From: an uncultured Chloroflexia bacterium
GTDB taxonomy: Bacteria > Chloroflexota > Anaerolineae > JAAYZQ01
Assembly (NCBI GenBank): GCA_963700285.1
Contig: CAVOXA010000014.1
Location: forward strand, 256,001 to 320,000
Length of the DNA: 64,000 nt
Reading direction: 5' to 3'
Shown piece after piece: positions 1-9,911 of this stretch. Positions within the stretch are counted from its first letter, which is position 1. Each line of letters opens with the position of its first letter. Both the position numbers and the translations under genes were made by a program. The notes under the pieces are model-generated. The model did not search any database. It was not told the origin of the DNA and saw only the letters and a program-made list of their open reading frames with translations.

Positions 1-1410
1 CGACCCCGACATCACCCGCTGTCTCGACAGCCGCGCTTTTTACGTCAGTCCCCGGGTCAACCCCGATGGCGCCGAGCTGGCTCTGGCTGACAGAGCCCAA
101 GTTCATCCGCTCCAGCACGCGGCCCTATCCCTACGACGAGGACCCCATCGAAGGCCTGACCTGGGAGGATGCGGACGGTGACGGGCGCGTCTTGCACATG
201 CGTGTGCCCGACCCGAACGGCGCGTGGAAGGTCTGCCCCGAGGAGCCCCGGCTCCTCATCCGGCGCGACCCGGCTGAGACAGGAGGTCAGTATTACCGGC
301 TGCTGCGCGAGGGGCGGATCGAGGGTCCCGACAGCATTGTTTACGGGGCTCAACCCGACAAGCAAGGTCTGGACATGAACCGCAACTTTCCCATAAACTG
401 GCGGCAGGAATTCCAGCAGCAGGGTGCGGGGCCCTACCCGACTTCGGAGCCGGAGGTACACGCCATCGTCGACTTTATCGCCAGCCATCCCAATATCACC
501 GGCGGCGTGGCCTTTCACACCATGAGCGGGGCGCTGCTGCGTCCCTACCCCGACCAGCCCGATGAGGCCATGCTGGCCGAGGACCTGTGGACGTATCAGA
601 AGATTGGCCAGAAGGGGACCGACCTGAGCGGCTACCCTGCCATCTCGGTCTACCACGACTTTCGCTACCATCCCAGCTCCGTCACCAGCGGCTCCTTTTC
701 GGACTGGATGTACGAGCATTTCGGACAGTTTGCCTGGGTCGTAGAGATTCTGGAATCCACAGGGGCAGGCGGGCATCGAAGAGCTAGATTTTCAGCCCTG
801 GCGCCGCGAACATCCCCTGGACGATGACCTCAAGCTGCTCAAATGGAGCGACGAGGAACTGGAGGGCAAAGGCTACATCGATTGGTACCCCTTCGAGCAC
901 CCCGAACTGGGCCCCGTAGAATTGGGCGGCTGGGACTGGTTCTACGCCCTCAAGAACCCACCCTCCCATCTGCTGGAGAAGGAGGTCGCCCCCTTTGCCG
1001 ATTGGTTGATCTGGCATCTGCTCATCTCGCCGCGCTTGGAACTGTTTCAGGTGGACGTCAAGCCCATGGGGGACAATACGTACCAGATCCGTCTGGTGGT
1101 CCACAACACGGGCTGGCTGCCGACTTACGTAACCAAGAAGGCGCTGGAGAGAAAGCTGGTGCGCGGCGTGGTCTGCGAGATCGAACTGCCGGAGGGCGCG
1201 ACGCTGGAGTCGGGCAAGATTCGGGAACAGTTGGGGCAGTTGGAGGGGCGAGCCTACAAGCCTGCCAGTCACTTTGTCTACTACCAGTCCGATGTTCCGG
1301 CGGAGCGGGCCAAGGTGGAATGGATCGTGCGCGCACCCCAGGGGGGCTCTGTCACGCTAAGGGCGCGTCATGAGCGGGCGGGTACGGTTGTCACCGGCGT
1401 GGAGCTTTGA
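1..1410 (+). CDS. M14 family zinc carboxypeptidase, 5' truncated, two +1 frameshifts (~95 and ~750)
   Basis: Frame from base 2 reads ...FYVSPRVNPDGAELALAD. It joins ORF 66..827 (DMNRNF, FHTMSG, GSFSDWMYEH, WVVEI), then the frame of ORF 922..1410 (WNPQ...HPLDDDLKLLKW...ELGGWD). NPDG, DxNRNF and FH are M14 motifs. Confidence 0.85.
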
Positions 1411-1505
1411 TTGTCTGCGAAGTGAATTGCGGGTCTGGAGCGGATGTACCCAGTCAATCTGGTACGCCTGTGCTTGCTTAGGAATAGATGGGAGGATTTG
1501 ACTGA

Positions 1506-2300
1506 ATGAGGCAGTACCTGGATCTGATGCATCATATCCTGGAACACGGCGTGGAGAGGCAGGATCGCACGGGAGTGGGTACCCTGTCGGTGTTTGGGTA
1601 CCAGATGCGCTTTGATCTGAAGGCCGGCTTTCCACTGCTTACGACCAAGAAACTGCATCTCAGGTCGATCATTTACGAGTTGCTGTGGTTTCTCCAGGGC
1701 CAGACCAACATCCGCTACTTGAAGGAGCACGGCGTCAGGATCTGGGACGAGTGGGCGGATGACGAGGGGGACCTGGGTCCCGTGTACGGTTCCCAGTGGC
1801 GGTCGTGGCGGGCCGCTGACGGTCGAGTGATCGACCAGCTCTCACAGGTGATCGAGCAGATCGAGACCAACCCAAGCTCACGCAGGCTGATTGTAAGCGC
1901 CTGGAATCCGGGTGAAATCGACGAGATGGCGCTGCCAGCCTGCCATGCGCTGTTCCAGTTTTACGTGGCAAACGAACGCCTGTCCTGCCAGCTCTACCAG
2001 AGATCGGCGGACGTCTTTTTGGGGGTTCCCTTTAACATTGCCTCTTACTCGATCTTGACAGCCATGGTCGCGCAGGTTTGCGGGCTGGGCGTGGGAGATT
2101 TCGTCCACACGCTGGGGGATACGCACCTGTATCTGAACCACCTCGAACAGGTCCGGCTACAGTTGTCCCGAGATCCGCGCCCGCTGCCCGAAATGGTGAT
2201 CAATCCTGAGGTCCGGTCCATCGACGGTTTCTGCTATGAGGACTTTGAGCTGCGCGGCTACTCGCCCCACGCGCATATTCCGGCGCCGATCGCGGTCTGA
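1506..2300 (+). CDS. thyA: thymidylate synthase ThyA
   Basis: 264 aa with DRTGVGT, PLLTTKK, MALPACH (catalytic Cys) and [14 protein letters not shown]; GGAGG RBS upstream. Confidence 0.98.
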   Translation: MRQYLDLMHHILEHGVERQDRTGVGTLSVFGYQMRFDLKAGFPLLTTKKLHLRSIIYELLWFLQGQTNIRYLKEHGVRIWDEWADDEGDLGPVYGSQWRSWRAADGRVIDQLSQVIEQIETNPSSRRLIVSAWNPGEIDEMALPACHALFQFYVANERLSCQLYQRSADVFLGVPFNIASYSILTAMVAQVCGLGVGDFVHTLGDTHLYLNHLEQVRLQLSRDPRPLPEMVINPEVRSIDGFCYEDFELRGYSPHAHIPAPIAV

Positions 2301-2301
2301 G

Positions 2302-2357
2302 GGAGAGACTAGGAGACCCGGAGACGGGGGGATGGGGAGATGGGGAGACTGGGACAC
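2302..2357 (+). repeat. seven tandem degenerate octamers NNGGAGAY
   Basis: ggagagac taggagac ccggagac ggggggat ggggagat ggggagac tgggacac, directly after the thyA stop. Confidence 0.75.
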
Positions 2358-2398
2358 CACCTCTGGCAGCTTCTCCTGTCAATTGCCAAGGAGGTGGA

Positions 2399-2911
2399 AT
2401 GTACTCAAGCGCAACACCAGAGAGATTCATGCGGCACACACTGGCTCTGGCCGCCCGGGCGCTGGAGCTGGGGGAGTTGCCCATCGCGGCGATTGTGACC
2501 CTGGATGACGAGATCCTGTCCAGTAGCACCGCATCGGAGCAGCAGGAGAAACGCTATCTGGGCCACGCGGAGCTAGTGACTCTGGAGAAGGCTGATCGAT
2601 TGGGGCTCTCCTACGACCAGCGGCGCCGGGCCAGGCTGTTCACCAACCTGGAGCCGTGCCTGATGTGCATGGGTGCGGCCATGTCCTTCTTTTTGGGAGA
2701 GATCGTCTACGCGCTAGAGTCACCGGGCGATGGGGCAGTGGACCTGGTCCTGGCCTGGAACCGCAGAGAAGAAGACATCCCAGGATACCAGGTACCCAAG
2801 ATCACCGGCGGCCTGCTCAGGGCTGAGAGCATACGGCTCTTTGAGGCATACGTGGACCGTCACGAACCGGGTCCCATGCGCGACTGGGCCGAGACGCTGG
2901 CCAGACTTTGA
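2399..2911 (+). CDS. cytidine/adenosine deaminase family protein (TadA-like fold)
   Basis: HAE and LEPCLMC zinc motifs, GELPIAA; AAGGAGG RBS. Confidence 0.9.
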   Translation: MYSSATPERFMRHTLALAARALELGELPIAAIVTLDDEILSSSTASEQQEKRYLGHAELVTLEKADRLGLSYDQRRRARLFTNLEPCLMCMGAAMSFFLGEIVYALESPGDGAVDLVLAWNRREEDIPGYQVPKITGGLLRAESIRLFEAYVDRHEPGPMRDWAETLARL

Positions 2912-3065
2912 CTGCCCTGTTTGGGTCCGGACTGGCTGGCCAAACGCAGCCATGGGTGCGTGCAGATGGCTTCTCCCCGTCTGACTCAGCATCTACGAGT
3001 TCCGACGCCGACTGCCCCGCTACAGGCAGTGAGGGCGCTTGAGGGGAACTGGAATTGGCGCCATC

Positions 3066-3086
3066 ATGGTATCATATCGAAACCAT
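3066..3086 (+). promoter_or_regulatory. extended -10 (TGgTATCAT) overlapped by an imperfect palindrome; probable antitoxin autoregulatory operator
   Basis: atggtatcatatcgaaaccat is a near-palindrome ~15 bp upstream of the RHH antitoxin start. Confidence 0.5.
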
Positions 3087-3100
3087 TGTGAGGCATGCGC

Positions 3101-3343
3101 ATGGCCATCATTACTGTGAAAGGCATACCCGAGGACCTCTATAGGCGCTTGAAGGAGTCTGCACGGGCCAACCGGCACAGCATCAACAGTGAGGTAATCG
3201 TATGCATCGAGCGGTTTGTCAGACCCCAAGAGCTCGAACCAGAAGCGTTGCTCACCAGGGCGCGCTGTCTTCGCGAGAAGCCTGGCGAGTATCAGATCAC
3301 GGACAGAGAGTTCAGCGAGGCCCAAAGGATAGGGCGTCCATGA
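3101..3343 (+). CDS. Arc/FitA-like ribbon-helix-helix antitoxin
   Basis: MAIITVKGIPEDLYRRLKESARANRHSINSEVI is a typical RHH; ATGA overlap with a PIN start. Confidence 0.85.
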   Translation: MAIITVKGIPEDLYRRLKESARANRHSINSEVIVCIERFVRPQELEPEALLTRARCLREKPGEYQITDREFSEAQRIGRP

Positions 3344-3414
3344 TCGTCGTGGACACGAGCATCATCGGCCATCTTTATCGGGTCGATCCTGTCTCCCTCG
3401 GTCGGAATCTATGA
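3340..3414 (+). pseudogene. truncated VapC/PIN toxin (N-terminal stub only)
   Basis: MIVVDTSIIGHLY matches the PIN beta-1 motif, then diverges and stops after 24 aa. Confidence 0.7.
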
Positions 3415-3766
3415 CGATGCCAGACTGAACGCGGGATTGCTGATCGGACCCTTGACGGCGACGGAAAAGGCAAGCACAAAGTCTCGGGCGTTGGCCGAAA
3501 TTCCAGGTCTGTGTTACAATCAGGGGACTGCAATGGGCCGTCCAGTGCTCAGGCCAGAACACGCATTCGGCGGCTTTACTCAGGAGAATGCAGGTCGCGG
3601 ATCAGCTTCGAGCGACGGGGTGCGCTCTACTGACAATCGCTCACAGCTTGCCTGGGAAGCCTAGTTGTGCGAGGGACGCCGGCGCAAGCTCAGGGCCAGA
3701 CGAACGAATCAGTCTTGGTGGTCCTGCAGGCAGGATCACCTCCCCAATCATGAGAAGGAGATCAAG

Positions 3767-4729
3767 TTGAGTACTGATTTGCTCGGAAGCGGAAACCACG
3801 TCTATCAGGAAGTGACGGGCTGGGCGAGATTGCCCGAGGGGTTGACCTACAGGGAGGTCGTCGACGTCGCGGTAGATGCCCAAGACCGCGTGTATCTGTT
3901 CTGCCGGGGCGAGCACCCCGTCCTAGTATTTGAGGCCGATGGCCGCTTTGTAAAAGCCTGGGGAGAGGGGCTGTTCACCCGCCCCCACGGCCTGACCTTC
4001 GGCCCAGACGGGACCCTGTATTGTGTGGACGACCAGGGCCAGTGTGTCCGCCGCTGCAGTCCCGACGGCCAGGTACTGGAAGTGATGGGTACTCCGGGCA
4101 AGCCGGCGCCGCGCTTCAGCGGCCAGCCCTTCGACCGCCCCACCAAGGTGGCCTTTGATCCCCAGACCGGCGAACGCTATGTCGCCGACGGCTATGGCAA
4201 CGCGCGGGTGCACAAATACTCCGCTGCCGGGCGGTACCTATTCTCCTGGGGTGACTATGGCAGCGACCGCGGACAGTTCAACCTGGTGCACAGCGTCGCC
4301 ACCGACGGCCAGGGGCGGGTCTATGTCGCCGACCGGGAGAACCACCGGATCCAGGTCTTTGACCACCAGGGCGGTTATTTGACCCAGTGGAACAATGTCC
4401 ACCGGCCCTGCGGCCTGCACATCGCCGGCAGCCTGGCCTACGTCGGCCAGCTTCCCACCGCCATGGCAGTAAACGCCAGCTACCCCAACCTTGGCGCCTG
4501 CATCAGCATCCATGACCTGGCTGGCCGCCGCGTGGCGAGGCTTGGCGATGTCAGAGTGGGCGAGGGGCCGGGGCAGTTCACGGCCCCCCACGGCCTGGCC
4601 GTTGACTCGAAGGGTGATATTTACGTGGCGGAGGTATCCTGGACCCACTATGGCAGCAAACTCGACCCACCCAGGACGGCACGCTCCTTTCGAAAACTGG
4701 TTAAGGTCAAGCAGGAAACCCAGGCCTAA
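3767..4729 (+). CDS. NHL-repeat beta-propeller (peptidyl-alpha-hydroxyglycine lyase-like)
   Basis: Repeated FxxPHG, YVADGYGN and YVADRENHRIQVF motifs; TTG start after AAGGAG. Confidence 0.88.
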   Translation: MSTDLLGSGNHVYQEVTGWARLPEGLTYREVVDVAVDAQDRVYLFCRGEHPVLVFEADGRFVKAWGEGLFTRPHGLTFGPDGTLYCVDDQGQCVRRCSPDGQVLEVMGTPGKPAPRFSGQPFDRPTKVAFDPQTGERYVADGYGNARVHKYSAAGRYLFSWGDYGSDRGQFNLVHSVATDGQGRVYVADRENHRIQVFDHQGGYLTQWNNVHRPCGLHIAGSLAYVGQLPTAMAVNASYPNLGACISIHDLAGRRVARLGDVRVGEGPGQFTAPHGLAVDSKGDIYVAEVSWTHYGSKLDPPRTARSFRKLVKVKQETQA

Positions 4730-4915
4730 AGCCTGCCCCCTTTGCAAGGACGATTCCAAGCATGAGGTACTGGGGCAGATGGGCGCGCCGGTACCCCAAT
4801 TGGAGACGGTGCCGCGCCGTGGCCAGGACGAATCGGGTGAAGCGCTGCACGCTCCCCGCCTGTGACCAGGGCAGCGAAGGCAAGACGACACACCATTAGA
4901 AACGGAGAGTTGACG

Positions 4916-5824
4916 ATGGCAGAACGGACAGGGTTCATTGGACTCGGGATTATGGGCCAGGGCATGGCCCGCAATCTGCTCAAATCGGGTCTTGACCTGA
5001 CGGTGTGGAACCGCACCGCCAGCAAGGCGGAGGCCCTGGGCGCGGAGGGGGCCAAGGTAGCCAGCAGCCCGGCCGAACTGGCCGGCAAGTGCGAGATCAT
5101 TGTCGTCTGCGTCAGCGACACGCCAGACGTTGAAGCGGTACTGCTGGGCGACGAGGGCGTTATCCATGGTCTGCAAGCAGGCGCGCTGGTGATCGACTGC
5201 AGCACCGTCAGTCCCATCAGAACGCAGGAATTCGCCAAGACGGTGGCCGAAAAAGGGGCCCACTGGCTGGACGCGCCGGTCAGCGGAGGGAGCGAGGGCG
5301 CCGCGAAGGGGACCCTCAGCATCATGGTCGGCGGTGAGGCGGATCAGTTTGCTCGGGCCCAGGCGGTCCTGGGCGCCATGGGCAAGAATATCACCCACGT
5401 GGGTCCCAGCGGCGCGGGTCAGATGGTCAAGCTGGTAAACCAGATCCTCGTGGTCCACAGCATGATGGCGGTGGGCGAGGCATTTCTCTTTGCGCAGGCC
5501 GGCGGCCTGGACCTGGGAAAGACGCTGCGGGCCGTGGAGGGAGGCGCGGCGGGGAGCTGGACGCTGAGCAACCGGGGGCCGCAGGTCATCCGGAGAGACT
5601 GGCGCCCCGGCTTTATGATCGACCTCCAGCAGAAAGACCTTCGGCTGGTACTCGAGGCTGCCGACCAACTGGGCGTCCCGCTTTTGGGATGCAGCAACGT
5701 ATTTCACCTGTACCGAACCCTGCAGGATCGTGGCTTCGGTGGACAGGGAAACCACGCCCTAGTCAGAGCGCTGGAGTTCCTGTCGGGCATCGAGGTGGGC
5801 GCCGAGGACGAGGCAGGCGGGTAG
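4916..5824 (+). CDS. NAD(P)-dependent beta-hydroxyacid dehydrogenase (GarR/MmsB family)
   Basis: GFIGLGIMG, DAPVSGG, GQMVKLVNQ and QKDL motifs. Confidence 0.92.
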   Translation: MAERTGFIGLGIMGQGMARNLLKSGLDLTVWNRTASKAEALGAEGAKVASSPAELAGKCEIIVVCVSDTPDVEAVLLGDEGVIHGLQAGALVIDCSTVSPIRTQEFAKTVAEKGAHWLDAPVSGGSEGAAKGTLSIMVGGEADQFARAQAVLGAMGKNITHVGPSGAGQMVKLVNQILVVHSMMAVGEAFLFAQAGGLDLGKTLRAVEGGAAGSWTLSNRGPQVIRRDWRPGFMIDLQQKDLRLVLEAADQLGVPLLGCSNVFHLYRTLQDRGFGGQGNHALVRALEFLSGIEVGAEDEAGG

Positions 5825-5967
5825 AGCCTTTCGACCAGACTCGGCGGAGCCGAGCACAAAGTCAGGAAATGCTCTGGAACCGCCCAAGCGCGCCAAAGCG
5901 CGCACTACAAACGGGACGCGCCCTGGATGGATCCTGAACCGAATGCAGGGGGATAGACAAGAAAGCA

Positions 5968-7587
5968 TTGAAGACAACAAGCCAGACACCCGAACCAAGC
6001 AGCAACCGGCAAGAGCCGCCGGGTTCGCGCGTGTCCCTGGAGGAGGTCGCGCTCTGCCTCCATCCACGGGACAACGTGGCCGTCGCCAAGACCGACCTGC
6101 AGCCGGGTACCTCCCTGGCGCGGACACAACGGCAGCAGGAAGCAGGGTATATTCTTGTGGTTGAGGTCGTGCCTATGGGCCACAAGGTCGCGCTCCGGTC
6201 GATCCCCGCTGGGGAGCCGGTATACAAGTACGGGCAACCCATCGGTTTTGCATCCGAGAGCATCCGGCCAGGACAGCACGTGCACGACCACAACGTGGAC
6301 CCGCAGGCACTGAAGCAGGACTATGCCTTCGGTACAGATGGTGAAGCAGTGGAGGTGGTTCCCAGGGCGCAGAGGCGCACTTTTCTCGGGTTCAAGCGCG
6401 TCGACGGCCGGGTGGGCACCCGCAACTATGTGGTCATCATACCCAGTGTGCATTGCTCGGTCCAGGTCTGCCGCGGGATCGCACGCCATTTCACGTCAGA
6501 ACGCCTGGCACGCTACCCCAACGTGGACGGTGTCCTGGTGCTGACACACACCGCGGGCTGCGGCGGCAGCATGGACTATGCGATCCTGCAGCGCACGCTA
6601 GCCGGCATGGCCCGGCATGCAAACACCGGCGCCTACGTCCTGGTGGGTCTCGGTTGCGAAGGGAACCAGATCGAGCAGATGTCGGCCCAGTATGGGCTGG
6701 CTCGACCGGGGGCCGGCGAGAAGAATGAGAGATCGATTGCTCTAGTGATCCAGGATCTGGGCGGCACGGCAAGGACCGTAAGGGCTGGGATCGACGCGGT
6801 CGCCAGGATGCTGCCGGCGGTGAACGACGTACATAGAACGCCGCAGCCCCTGTCCGAACTCGTGCTGGCCACGCAGTGCGGGGGCAGTGACGGCTGGTCG
6901 GGTATCACGGCCAACCCATTGGTGGGCCGGGTCGCCGATCTGATCGTACGTCAGGGCGGCACCGTGGTCCTGTCCGAGACGCCCGAGATCTGCGGGGCGG
7001 AGCACCTGCTGACCCGGCGAGCAGCCTGTCCAGAGGTTGGTCAGGAACTGCTGGCCAGGCTGCGTTGGTGGGAGGATTATGTTCAGCGCCAGGGAACGGT
7101 GCTGGACAACAACCCCGGTCCGGGAAACCGGGCCGGCGGCATCAGCAACATCTATGAGAAGTCGCTGGGCGCCATTGCCAAGAGCGGCAGCACACCGCTT
7201 ATGGCTGTTTATGACTATGCCAGCCCCCTGGACGAGCAGGGATTGGTATTTATGGACGCACCCGGCGATGACGCCGTATCGATCACAGGCATGGTGGCCG
7301 GGGGCTGCAACCTGGTGGTGTTCACCACAGGGCGGGGCTCCGTATCTGGCTCCGAAGTAGCGCCCTGCATCAAGGTCTGCTCGAACTCGATCACCTACGA
7401 GCGCATGGCGGAGGACATGGACCTGAACGCTGGCCTGCTGCTGGAACTGGGGGTCGGTCCCGAGGCGCTGGCGGCAGAGCTGCTTGACCTGGTCATTGCT
7501 GTTGCCTCCGGCCAGCCTTCCAAGAGCGAGCGACTGTACGTAGGCGAGGGGGAATTCATGCCCTGGATACCTACCGGCACCATCTGA
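5968..7587 (+). CDS. uxaA: UxaA/GarD family altronate/galactarate-type dehydratase with N-terminal SAF domain (start uncertain)
   Basis: LHPRDNVAVA, GHKVAL, GRVGTRNY, QCGGSDGWSGITANP, EKSLGAIAKSG, FTTGRGS. Confidence 0.88.
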   Translation: MKTTSQTPEPSSNRQEPPGSRVSLEEVALCLHPRDNVAVAKTDLQPGTSLARTQRQQEAGYILVVEVVPMGHKVALRSIPAGEPVYKYGQPIGFASESIRPGQHVHDHNVDPQALKQDYAFGTDGEAVEVVPRAQRRTFLGFKRVDGRVGTRNYVVIIPSVHCSVQVCRGIARHFTSERLARYPNVDGVLVLTHTAGCGGSMDYAILQRTLAGMARHANTGAYVLVGLGCEGNQIEQMSAQYGLARPGAGEKNERSIALVIQDLGGTARTVRAGIDAVARMLPAVNDVHRTPQPLSELVLATQCGGSDGWSGITANPLVGRVADLIVRQGGTVVLSETPEICGAEHLLTRRAACPEVGQELLARLRWWEDYVQRQGTVLDNNPGPGNRAGGISNIYEKSLGAIAKSGSTPLMAVYDYASPLDEQGLVFMDAPGDDAVSITGMVAGGCNLVVFTTGRGSVSGSEVAPCIKVCSNSITYERMAEDMDLNAGLLLELGVGPEALAAELLDLVIAVASGQPSKSERLYVGEGEFMPWIPTGTI

Positions 7588-7699
7588 GGATAGACAGGTC
7601 AAACGAAAGGCGAATGCTGCTTGTGGATTCAGGCTGAGGCCGCCAGACCTGGTCCCCGAAAACCGCCCTGCCTATGACTAGAGGAGATCCAGATCAAAG

Positions 7700-8521
7700 A
7701 TGAGCAAGCTTCACTATCCGTTCCCGTTGGCGATCCAGACGATCCTGCCCGAGGACTATCGGGAACCCGGTTTTCGGACAAAACTCGAGTTGCTCCAGCA
7801 GTTCGGCTTCTCCGGGATCGAGCTGAACATGGCAAGGCCCGAGCAGGTAGATCCCCTTGACCTCAAGGCGCTGCTAGCGGACCACGGTCTGAGGATGACC
7901 ATGTTTGCCTCGGGGGCCACAGCCAAGGCTGAAGGCCTTTCCCTGTCTCACGAGGACGAGCGCGTTCGTACAGAATCCATCCAAAGATGCATCGAGTTCC
8001 TGGACTTTGCGGCGGAATATGAGGCTGGCGTCATCGCCGGCTTTCTCAAGGGCCCTGCCAGTACCGACAAGGCCCGCGCTCGTGCGCTCTTTCGGGATTC
8101 GCTCATCCAGTTGGAGCCCCACGTTCGGGAGAAACGGGTCCCGCTGCTCATCGAGGCGACCAACCATCACGAATCTTCGGTGGCCAACTCGCTGGAAGAG
8201 GCGGCCGGCTTTTTCGATGGCTTTGAGAACCCGTACCTGCGCATCCTGCCCGATACCTACCACATGAACATCGAGGAGAGCAGCATGTACGGCGCCCTGG
8301 TGAAATACGCGGGCCTGTACCAGTCGGTTCATATCTCTGACAACAACCGCTTCTTCCCGGGTCTGGGCGCCATCGACTTTTACGCGATGTTCCGCTTCCT
8401 GAAAGAGATCGGCTATACGGGCAGTGTGGGCATCGAGGGCAATCTCCGCCATGGCTTTGAAGAGGATCTGAAAGCCTGCATGCGCCTGCTCCAACCGATG
8501 CTCCTACAACTCCAAGGCTAG
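7700..8521 (+). CDS. sugar phosphate isomerase/epimerase (xylose isomerase-like TIM barrel)
   Basis: IEATNHHE, DTYHMNIEE, HISDNNRFFPGLG and GIEG metal motifs. Confidence 0.88.
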   Translation: MSKLHYPFPLAIQTILPEDYREPGFRTKLELLQQFGFSGIELNMARPEQVDPLDLKALLADHGLRMTMFASGATAKAEGLSLSHEDERVRTESIQRCIEFLDFAAEYEAGVIAGFLKGPASTDKARARALFRDSLIQLEPHVREKRVPLLIEATNHHESSVANSLEEAAGFFDGFENPYLRILPDTYHMNIEESSMYGALVKYAGLYQSVHISDNNRFFPGLGAIDFYAMFRFLKEIGYTGSVGIEGNLRHGFEEDLKACMRLLQPMLLQLQG

Positions 8522-8570
8522 ATTGGCGCGGCCTACCGAGCTGGATTGGTCCGAGTTCCGAAAACTGGCC

Positions 8571-9548
8571 TTAAGTCAGGAACTGCTTGGCAACCTTGGT
8601 TACGTAGGTAAAGGTTGGATTGACAACGGCCGTGCAACGCGCCTCCAAGACCTGACCCAGGAGCAGGTAGGCGTCGATCCTCGAGAAACAGTAGTCCTCC
8701 TCCAGCCAGAGGATCAGCGACTCCAGCGCGTAGCGAAACGCATCCTCACAGGGACGGGCCATCGCCAGCGTGGCGATGTGGCCGTCATTCACCAGGCGGG
8801 GCCAGTAGAAACTCTTGGGCCTGGGGGCCAGCTCCACGCTGATCCGCACCCGGCCACTGGTCTCGATACCGCCCGCGCCGCAGATTTCGCCGTCGCCCTG
8901 GATGGCGTGCATGTCACCGATGTGCAGCAAGGCCCCCTCGACGTTCACGCCCAGCATCAGGGTCGCGCCGGTGGTCACCTCCTGGGCGTCAAGATTGCCT
9001 CCCCAGTAGCCGGCCCAGCCATTGTGATAGCGCTCGCGAGCGGGCGCCACACCGATGCAGCCAATCATGGGGCGCGCCGGCAGTTTCAGGCTGTCGCTCC
9101 AATGGATCAGGCCATCCCCGATCTCGACGACCTTGTGCCCGGGTCCGAGGCCATTGGCCCCGAACCAGCCAGGAAGCGTGCCGTTGTTGCCTGGATAGTT
9201 GGTATAGCCCAGCGGGTCCAGGTCGATTTCGCCGATGTGGACGAGCAGCACGTCTCCCGGCGCCGCGCCCTCGACATAGATGCAGCCGCTGGAGGGGTTG
9301 CCGCTGGGCAGCCCGGCCGGCACGAACCAGGGAAGGGACCAGTCGGGGCCGAACATGTTTCCCACCGGCTGGGCGCCATCGTTCAGCTTGTCGCGGAGCG
9401 ACTGCCCGTCGGGATGGCCGTCCAGCCAGGGCCCCCGGTTCATCTGTGTCTCAACCTCGAACTCTTCTCCCGGCTCCACCCGCAGCGTGACCGGGTTGTC
9501 GCGGCCGGTCTCAAAGTATAGGATTTCTTTGGTTGCTCTTTTCATCAT
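8571..9548 (-). CDS. acetamidase/formamidase family protein
   Basis: GCIYVEGAAPGD, PMIGCIGVAP, GGNLD, GDMHAIQGDGEICG. Confidence 0.9.
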   Translation of the reverse strand: MMKRATKEILYFETGRDNPVTLRVEPGEEFEVETQMNRGPWLDGHPDGQSLRDKLNDGAQPVGNMFGPDWSLPWFVPAGLPSGNPSSGCIYVEGAAPGDVLLVHIGEIDLDPLGYTNYPGNNGTLPGWFGANGLGPGHKVVEIGDGLIHWSDSLKLPARPMIGCIGVAPARERYHNGWAGYWGGNLDAQEVTTGATLMLGVNVEGALLHIGDMHAIQGDGEICGAGGIETSGRVRISVELAPRPKSFYWPRLVNDGHIATLAMARPCEDAFRYALESLILWLEEDYCFSRIDAYLLLGQVLEARCTAVVNPTFTYVTKVAKQFLT

Positions 9549-9773
9549 GAACCCCCGGGAAGCAATTCGGTTTCCACGACACCAACGCCACAGACTCGAA
9601 GCGGAGTTCACATCCTATCATAGGCTCTGGGAATGAGCAAGTCAAGCCGGGCACATCCAGTCTTCTTGAGGGCGAGTCGTTTCTAATCGGGCGTGTCCTG
9701 AAGAACCATCCTTTGGCGCGGTCGGGCGCATGGCCAGAATCGCCCCAATCCATCTGATCGGGCCAAGCGGCAC

Positions 9774-9802
9774 TTGACAAAGCACTGGGGATCAGGTATA
9801 AT
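9774..9802 (+). promoter_or_regulatory. perfect sigma70-type promoter TTGACA-17-TATAAT for the LacI fusion gene
   Basis: TTGACA 9774-9779, TATAAT 9797-9802. Confidence 0.85.
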
Positions 9803-9809
9803 ATAGCTG

Positions 9810-9869
9810 TCCATGAAAACGATACCATAGCATCGTTTTCATGGAACGGTTCCATTGTATCGTTTTCAG
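9810..9869. promoter_or_regulatory. array of four abutting LacI-type operator-like sites
   Basis: ATGAAAACGATACCAT (9813), ATAGCATCGTTTTCAT (9827), ATGGAACGGTTCCAT (9841, perfect palindrome), ATTGTATCGTTTTCAG (9854); central CG with A/T flanks. Confidence 0.7.
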
Positions 9870-9911
9870 ACTCGAGATCTCGGAAGGTTTCAAGTCTGGA
9901 AGGAGCCACCG

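Noticed and set aside
2399-2911. Bona fide tRNA deaminase TadA
   Set aside because: Lacks the DPTAHAE-type context and other TadA-specific segments; family-level call only.
3733-3743. GGATCACCTCC resembling the 16S rRNA 3' end
   Set aside because: Only 11 bp, with no other rRNA sequence around it.
5950-7596. GGATAGACA direct repeat flanking uxaA
   Set aside because: 9 bp only; compatible with chance.
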